IMG/VR virus record: IMGVR_UViG_3300036793_000091
Location: 1 to 40,720 of that record
Reading direction: 5' to 3' (one strand)
Length of the DNA stretch: 40,720 nucleotides
Origin: a virus
Taxonomy: Duplodnaviria > Caudoviricetes
Within the stretch, counting starts at the first letter, position 1. The number at the start of each line of letters is the position of its first letter. The notes under the pieces are model-generated. The model did not search any database. It had not been told where the DNA came from and was given only the letters and a program-made list of their open reading frames with translations. The position numbers were made by a program, and so were the translations under genes. Shown here one piece after another: positions 35,496 to 40,720 of the stretch.

Positions 35496-35864
35496 TTGAT
35501 GGCCGCAGCCCGTTTGCGACGGGTTACACAGCGAATTCTCTGGCACTTGGAGCAAGCCGAGATTTGCGAAACGCACCCAGATTTCCAGGACGCCTTTCGT
35601 CTTGCCTGGATCACCGTTCTCTATGCCGCGCGCGGCGAAGCGCAGCCGTTCGTACACGCCCACTACCGGGTATACGGACTCCATCCAGGCCGCCTGGCCG
35701 CCGCAGTCGAAGCCCGACGCCGGGCGCAGCTAGGCCCCTTTTACGAAGTTTTCTATCCGAACGGGCCATTCGATTTCGTGAGCGATGGGCTTGCCCTGCC
35801 GCCGAAAAAGCAACCCGCGTCGGAGAGAGAGCCCGGCAAAAAATCGGCGAAGGCTGCTGCTTAG
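35496..35864 (+). CDS. hypothetical protein
   Basis: GGAGG RBS; intact ORF. Confidence 0.6.
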   Translation: MMAAARLRRVTQRILWHLEQAEICETHPDFQDAFRLAWITVLYAARGEAQPFVHAHYRVYGLHPGRLAAAVEARRRAQLGPFYEVFYPNGPFDFVSDGLALPPKKQPASEREPGKKSAKAAA

Positions 35865-35936
35865 GAAGGCAGCCGGCCTAAAAACAAACACGGCCCGGAA
35901 TCATCAGTTCCGAGCCGCTGGTTAAAGCACGTTGAT

Positions 35937-36758
35937 ATGGCATCAACAGCGAGATCATACCGCGATTCCGGTGACCTTAAAAGCGCGAATTTCGCGCCTC
36001 CAGAGTCGTCTCCGCTCGTGCGCCGCATCGACTGTTCCCGCCTTCGCGGATGGCTCGGATCGAAGAACATCGACCGCAAAAATCTCGATCCGCTACGCGA
36101 AACGCTGAAGTGCTTTGTCATCGTCTCGCAGCAGGGTCCAGATTTTTTTGCCTCGACTTTCGGCGTGAGCATACAGTCCGGGCGCTCCTATCGCACCGTG
36201 CAGCGCCACATCGATCGGTTGTGCGAATTGAAAGTGTTGAAGCTCAAGCACGAAGCGAACTCGCTCGTCGGGAATTCGCTCCGTCGTCCAGCGACTTATG
36301 TCCTCCACGAGGAAGCCGGGAAACTTCTGTCGCCCGCCGAAACCTACGAGGAGTGGAAGCGGCGCCACGGACGATCAGCCATCAGGCGCTTCGGGCCACA
36401 GCGCGTCACTCGTCCAGTTCAGGGCGAAGCATCGGCTCCAGCCGAGCCGCTGAAAGCGGCGCCCGAAGAGCGTCCGCACCGATCAGGCGCACGTCCGCAG
36501 CCGAAGCTGTCGAAGACCGAATGCGCGAAATTCATGGCCGACATGGCCGTGCTGACGACGGGCGCCACGGGTCACAAGCAACTCGACGGCTACTACGTCG
36601 ATTACTTACGCGATCCCGATCATCCCGATCCACGCTATCGCCCGAAGATGAAATGGGGCGAAGCTCTCGAAGCAACGTGCAAGCTGTGGAAGCGCACGCA
36701 GGAGTCGGTGAACGATGCGTTGAAGTTTTGGGGCTTCCAGATCGAGGGCGACTCGTGA
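35937..36758 (+). CDS. winged-helix protein, candidate replication initiator
   Basis: SGRSYRTVQRHIDRLCELKVL....N....RRPATYVL wHTH; upstream of ATPase; near iterons. Confidence 0.7.
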   Translation: MASTARSYRDSGDLKSANFAPPESSPLVRRIDCSRLRGWLGSKNIDRKNLDPLRETLKCFVIVSQQGPDFFASTFGVSIQSGRSYRTVQRHIDRLCELKVLKLKHEANSLVGNSLRRPATYVLHEEAGKLLSPAETYEEWKRRHGRSAIRRFGPQRVTRPVQGEASAPAEPLKAAPEERPHRSGARPQPKLSKTECAKFMADMAVLTTGATGHKQLDGYYVDYLRDPDHPDPRYRPKMKWGEALEATCKLWKRTQESVNDALKFWGFQIEGDS

Positions 36759-38485
36759 GCCGGCTACCTTTCCCGGAGCGGATCCTCGGACAACACATCG
36801 CGGCGCTCGGAAAAACCGGATCCGGAAAATCCTCCGTGTTGCGTGTGATCGCCGAGTTCCAGCTCGACAAAAAGCGCCGCGTCGTCATCGTCGATCCGAA
36901 GGGCGATTGGTGGGGATTGAAATCTTCGGCCGACGGCAAGGGCGCTGGCTACCCCGTCATCATGTTCGGCGACTTCAAAGAGCCGCGGGCGTCGGACGTT
37001 CCGATCAATGAGACCTCCGGCAAACACGTTGCTGAATTGATCGCGACCGGAAACCGGCCGTGTGTCATAGGCTTTCGCGGGTGGATGCCGGCGCAGCTCA
37101 CGCGCTTCTGGCTTGAATTTGCAGCCGCGCTCTTCAACAGCAACGAAGGCGAGCTCTACGTCCTGATCGACGAAGTTCACAACTTCGCACCGAAGGGCAA
37201 GATCCTCGATCCGAACGCCGGCAAGTGTCTGCACTGGACGAACCGGATCATGAGCGAAGGCCGCGGGCTCGGGCTGACGTTCTACATCGCATCGCAGCGG
37301 CCGCAGAAGGTGCACAACGACACGCTCGACAACTGCGAGACGCTGATCGCCATGCGTGTCACACACCCGCGATCGCGCGAAGCCGCGGTTGAATGGATCA
37401 ACGCTAAAGGCGACAAGGAGCTCGGCAAAGAAGTCATCTCGACGCTCGCCGAACTCAAGCGCGGTGAAGCCTGGGTGTGGTCGCCCGAAAATGGCTTCGG
37501 CCCTTCGCGTGTGCAATTTCCGATGTTCTCGACCTTCGATTCTTTTGCGCCGCCCCAGCTGCAAAAGAAAGTCTCACAGGCGGGATGGTCCGAAGTCGAT
37601 CTCGACCAGGTGAAAGAGAAGCTCGCCGCGGTCATCGCGGAAGCAAAGGCGAATGATCCGCGGGAGTTGAAAGCCGAGCTCGCGCGGCTTCGACAGGAGC
37701 TCGCGAAAAAACATCCGGCGCCGGCGCTCCCGAGGACAATGCCCGCGGATCCGAAAGCGATCGAGCGCGCCGTCGCGAGTGCACTGAAAAAGCGCGACGG
37801 AGATTGGTTGCGATCGGTGCGGGACCTGCAGCGTTCGATCGAGCAGATATTGGGCGCACGCACACGCGATCTCGTCGGAGCGATCAGTGCGGTTAAATTC
37901 GCCGCTCCGGATCCGGCCGCGATCGAGATCCCGCCGGCGCCCGTCGTTTCCCTTCCGACGCCGGCGATCGCGCTCGGGATTCTGCCGCATCGCGAGCCCG
38001 CGGAATCAAACGGTTCGCTCGCCGCCGGCGAAAAAGCAATTCTCTTAGCGGCCGCGCAATGTCACCCCGCCGATCGCACGCAGCTGACGGTCCTCACCGG
38101 CTACAAGCGATCGACGCGGAATCGCTACATCCAATTCCTGCAGCAGAAAGGCTACGTCGAAGTGGAAGGCGAACAAGTTAAACCGACCGCTGCCGGCATG
38201 GCTGCGCTCGGCTCTGACTATGAGCCGCTGCCGACTGGAAGCGAGCTGCAGAAATATTGGCTCGAACGCTTGCCCGCCGGCGAGAAACACATTCTCGCAT
38301 TCGTGCTGCAGCATGGCGGCCAGAAAGTGAATCGCGAGGCCATCGGCGAAGCTACCGGCTATCAGCGCTCAACGCGCAATCGCTACATCCAGTATCTGCA
38401 GGCGCGGCACTTGCTGAAAGATGGCAGCGGACCGGTCGAGCCGGACGAAATGCTCTTCGATGGCGCCGTAGCGAGGCACGCATGA
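36755..38485 (+). CDS. HerA/FtsK-superfamily ATPase (DUF87-like) with coiled coil and two tandem C-terminal winged helices
   Basis: GTGA-coupled start; GKTGSGKS, IVDPKGDW, VLIDEVH, GRGLG, SQRP; repeats TGYKRSTRNRYIQFL / TGYQRSTRNRYIQYL. Confidence 0.88.
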   Translation: MSRLPFPERILGQHIAALGKTGSGKSSVLRVIAEFQLDKKRRVVIVDPKGDWWGLKSSADGKGAGYPVIMFGDFKEPRASDVPINETSGKHVAELIATGNRPCVIGFRGWMPAQLTRFWLEFAAALFNSNEGELYVLIDEVHNFAPKGKILDPNAGKCLHWTNRIMSEGRGLGLTFYIASQRPQKVHNDTLDNCETLIAMRVTHPRSREAAVEWINAKGDKELGKEVISTLAELKRGEAWVWSPENGFGPSRVQFPMFSTFDSFAPPQLQKKVSQAGWSEVDLDQVKEKLAAVIAEAKANDPRELKAELARLRQELAKKHPAPALPRTMPADPKAIERAVASALKKRDGDWLRSVRDLQRSIEQILGARTRDLVGAISAVKFAAPDPAAIEIPPAPVVSLPTPAIALGILPHREPAESNGSLAAGEKAILLAAAQCHPADRTQLTVLTGYKRSTRNRYIQFLQQKGYVEVEGEQVKPTAAGMAALGSDYEPLPTGSELQKYWLERLPAGEKHILAFVLQHGGQKVNREAIGEATGYQRSTRNRYIQYLQARHLLKDGSGPVEPDEMLFDGAVARHA

Positions 38486-38727
38486 CGCAATGGGCCTGCC
38501 GCCGTCCCGCTTCCCTGCTCGCCCAAGAGCTCGTCGGCTGCAAGGTGCGCTTCCGTCATCTGCCGCACGGAATGGAGCCGACTTCAATTCTCGTGATCGG
38601 AGCGGAAGCGAACATGATCCGCTTGCACGGCTGGACGGGGCTTTTCGCTCCACATCTGTTTGTGGTCGTCGAACAAAAACCAGTTTCTTCCGCGGCGCGT
38701 GAGGCTGAAAGGAGTCCGTCATTATGA
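38482..38727 (+). CDS. hypothetical protein
   Basis: GAGG RBS; ATGA-coupled. Confidence 0.55.
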   Translation: MTQWACRRPASLLAQELVGCKVRFRHLPHGMEPTSILVIGAEANMIRLHGWTGLFAPHLFVVVEQKPVSSAAREAERSPSL

Positions 38728-38939
38728 GCTGGCCCGAACCGATGGGCTTCTTCGAATACGTCGGCGACATCGAGCAGCTCGCGACGCAGGTGCAGTTCAC
38801 GCGCTATTGCCCGACGTGCGATCGCGAGCAAATCTTCGTGGCGGGATGGCAGTGCGAAACCGGCCTGGTCGGTTGCTGTTTAGGTTGCGGCGACGAGCGG
38901 ATCGCGCCCTTCACGAGGACCACGGTGGAGGCAGCGTGA
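38724..38939 (+). CDS. Zn-ribbon protein
   Basis: AAGGAG RBS; CPTC...CLGC. Confidence 0.7.
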   Translation: MSWPEPMGFFEYVGDIEQLATQVQFTRYCPTCDREQIFVAGWQCETGLVGCCLGCGDERIAPFTRTTVEAA

Positions 38940-39191
38940 ATGGAATCGCACGAGATTTTCGAAGCGTTTGTCGGAATCGTCTGCGCTGGATGTGGCGGAT
39001 TAAAACACAAACGCAATGCGTTCTGCCTTCCCTGCTATCGGCAACTTCCGAAGGCGCTGCAAAGTTCGCTCTGGAAGCGATTCGGTTCTGGTTTCGAGGA
39101 GGCGTATCACGCGTGCCTCTCATGGTTTCGCACTCATCCCCTGCAAGGCGCACACCGCGCCCGGCAGAAATCTTTATTCGAGGGCGAGTGA
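38940..39191 (+). CDS. Zn-finger protein with C-terminal QKSLF
   Basis: CAGC...FCLPCY..LP..L...LW; ends RQKSLFEGE. Confidence 0.7.
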   Translation: MESHEIFEAFVGIVCAGCGGLKHKRNAFCLPCYRQLPKALQSSLWKRFGSGFEEAYHACLSWFRTHPLQGAHRARQKSLFEGE

Positions 39192-39240
39192 TGATTTGAA
39201 AAGGAAACCGCGGACCCGCTCCAAACGGATCCACGGTCGT

Positions 39241-39654
39241 ATGAAAGGAAAGGAACCAGTGACAGCATACAACAATTCAGAACTCTCGAACATTTACCTT
39301 TTTGCTTACGCCCTCGTGAAGCTCGCGCTCTGCACCGGGTTTGCGCCTTGGCTCCTCGTGATGGGCTCCCTTCACATCGGGCGCAGTTATCGGATCACGC
39401 ATTTCAGCGCGGGCGTTTTCATCGGACGCTGCATCGGCATCATTACGATCGGCGGCGAGCGCACCATCCAATTTCTCATCATCGACACCATGCGACGGCC
39501 GCCAAAGGTCCGCAACAAATGCCCCTTCCCTCACTGCGTTAACGAGCAGGAGCATCGCGGCCCGCATGAATTCCCTTCGATTCGCGAGGGCTACTACATC
39601 GATGTGCCGGTGAGCCAGGCGCGCTTCGCCGAGGTTCCGAAGGAGGTCGCATGA
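39241..39654 (+). CDS. hypothetical protein (start uncertain)
   Basis: Hydrophobic middle; C...C....H.GPH motif; AAGGAGG coupling to next gene. Confidence 0.45.
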   Translation: MKGKEPVTAYNNSELSNIYLFAYALVKLALCTGFAPWLLVMGSLHIGRSYRITHFSAGVFIGRCIGIITIGGERTIQFLIIDTMRRPPKVRNKCPFPHCVNEQEHRGPHEFPSIREGYYIDVPVSQARFAEVPKEVA

Positions 39655-39959
39655 TTGTGATGCTAGGAGGACGCGAAGGTTCGAACGAGGTGCTGCTGCT
39701 TTTGGTGCTCGAACCGGGCAACCTCGAAAAACTGAAGGAGGGGAAGCCGATCCACAAATGGCTCAATGAATTCATCCCCGGCTTGCCGCAGAAGGTTGAG
39801 TTACTTTTCGCCTACACGCCGGATGCAGAGTGGGTCGCGCGCGAAATTGGGGCGAACTTCGATCTGGAGCACATCGCTGAAACCATCGAGAGAAGCCTTG
39901 AGCGGAAGCCCATAGTGAATCGCGCCAAATCTGCTGAAGACTTGAAGCGGGTGTTTTGA
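39651..39959 (+). CDS. hypothetical protein
   Basis: AAGGAGG RBS; L.LEPGNLEKLKEGKPI. Confidence 0.7.
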   Translation: MIVMLGGREGSNEVLLLLVLEPGNLEKLKEGKPIHKWLNEFIPGLPQKVELLFAYTPDAEWVAREIGANFDLEHIAETIERSLERKPIVNRAKSAEDLKRVF

Positions 39960-40156
39960 TGACCGAGCACTTCACCCGCTCGACCGTCGCCGCCCAACTC
40001 TGGTGCGGCAAATGCCAGAGGCGCACCCTGCATCGAATCACGGACCGCCGAAAGGATGCGTGTCTCGATTGCGTCGCACGACTCGAAGCCGAGTACAACG
40101 CGCGCAAACCCGAAGCTGAGAAGCAGCAGGAGTTATTCGCATGTGTGAAGAATTAG
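39959..40156 (+). CDS. Zn-finger protein with C-terminal QQELF
   Basis: WCGKC...H......CLDC; conserved allele at 1-115. Confidence 0.75.
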   Translation: MTEHFTRSTVAAQLWCGKCQRRTLHRITDRRKDACLDCVARLEAEYNARKPEAEKQQELFACVKN

Positions 40157-40416
40157 AAATCGACGGCGACAGAATCGTCGTGTGCGGGCTTCGCGCCTTC
40201 AAAAAGTTCTGCGAATGCGGCCGGCCGGCGGAGGCGCTTTGTGACTGGAAAGTTGCGGCGCGGAAATCCGGGACCTGCGACAGGCCGATTTGCTCGCGCC
40301 ACGCAAAGCAAGTTGCACCCGGCAAACATCTCTGCCCCGAACATCAGGGCGAGTACGACGACTGGAAAGCACGCAATCCCCCGGCGCAAGGAAGTTTGTT
40401 TCAGGAGGCTGCATGA
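40141..40416 (+). CDS. Cys/His Zn-finger protein with C-terminal QGSLF
   Basis: AGGAG RBS; CECG....LCD......TCD..IC..H......LCPEH. Confidence 0.75.
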   Translation: MCEELEIDGDRIVVCGLRAFKKFCECGRPAEALCDWKVAARKSGTCDRPICSRHAKQVAPGKHLCPEHQGEYDDWKARNPPAQGSLFQEAA

Positions 40417-40720
40417 CGATCGATCACTACATCGAGCACGAGGATGGCTCAATCGAAGCGGTTGACCTGATGACGTGGGCGCGGTGGTTTGAAACTCATG
40501 ACCGCCATGTTGTGAACGATATCCTGCCGGATGGCGTGCGCGTCTCCACCGTCTTTCTGGGCCTCGATCACAGTTTTTCCTTGAACGGCCTGCCGATTCT
40601 TTTTGAAACGATAATCTTCGGCGGGTCTCACGATCAGTACATGGATCGCTATCACACGCGAGACGAAGCCATCGCTGGACACGCAAAGGCGGTGGCTATC
40701 GCGAAAGGTGAACTGGAGGA
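40413..40720 (+). CDS. conserved phage hypothetical protein; continues across the circular junction to stop at 252-254
   Basis: AGGAGG RBS; DLMTWARWFE...VSTVFLGLDH....P.LFET.IFGG..D....RY.T..EA.AGH. Confidence 0.8.
   Translation, partial: MTIDHYIEHEDGSIEAVDLMTWARWFETHDRHVVNDILPDGVRVSTVFLGLDHSFSLNGLPILFETIIFGGSHDQYMDRYHTRDEAIAGHAKAVAIAKGELE

Noticed and set aside
36050-36754. N-terminal 235 aa of the 811-aa ORF
   Set aside because: Overlaps the wHTH gene in another frame and is low-information Arg/Ser-rich; true start is the coupled GTG at 36755

Overview
The window is an essentially complete ~40.5 kb tailed-phage genome of P22-like podovirus architecture. It is circularly permuted: 121-247 is identical to 40594-40720, and 1-115 is a diverged allele of 40024-40138. 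Recognisable modules are: (i) a leftward recombination operon (ERF-type annealase, YqaJ/lambda-type exonuclease, HNH) driven from a divergent switch at ~5000-5095; (ii) a small serine resolvase with a candidate res site; (iii) TerS/TerL, a 3.3 kb accessory island, portal, scaffold, P22-type coat, gp4/gp10-like tail hub, GNAT, three ejection proteins and two tail fibre/spike genes; (iv) a DUF5675 lysin and holin; and (v) an Acb2/Tad1-like anti-defence protein, an iteron-like origin, a wHTH initiator-like protein, a HerA/FtsK-type ATPase and many small Zn-finger proteins. No integrase, classical cI repressor, tRNA or CRISPR array was seen. The most unusual signal is that the outer virion proteins (decoration protein, both tail fibre/spike proteins) carry Sec-type signal peptides and even numbers of mostly closely paired cysteines, suggesting periplasmic, disulfide-dependent maturation. 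Other notable signals are a truncated coat-protein paralogue and a Tat-signal protein ending in a coat I-domain motif, three Zn-finger proteins ending in sliding-clamp-like QxxLF motifs, and a switch where a leaderless 48-aa basic protein replaces the expected HTH repressor. All family assignments come from motif recognition by eye, not database searches.
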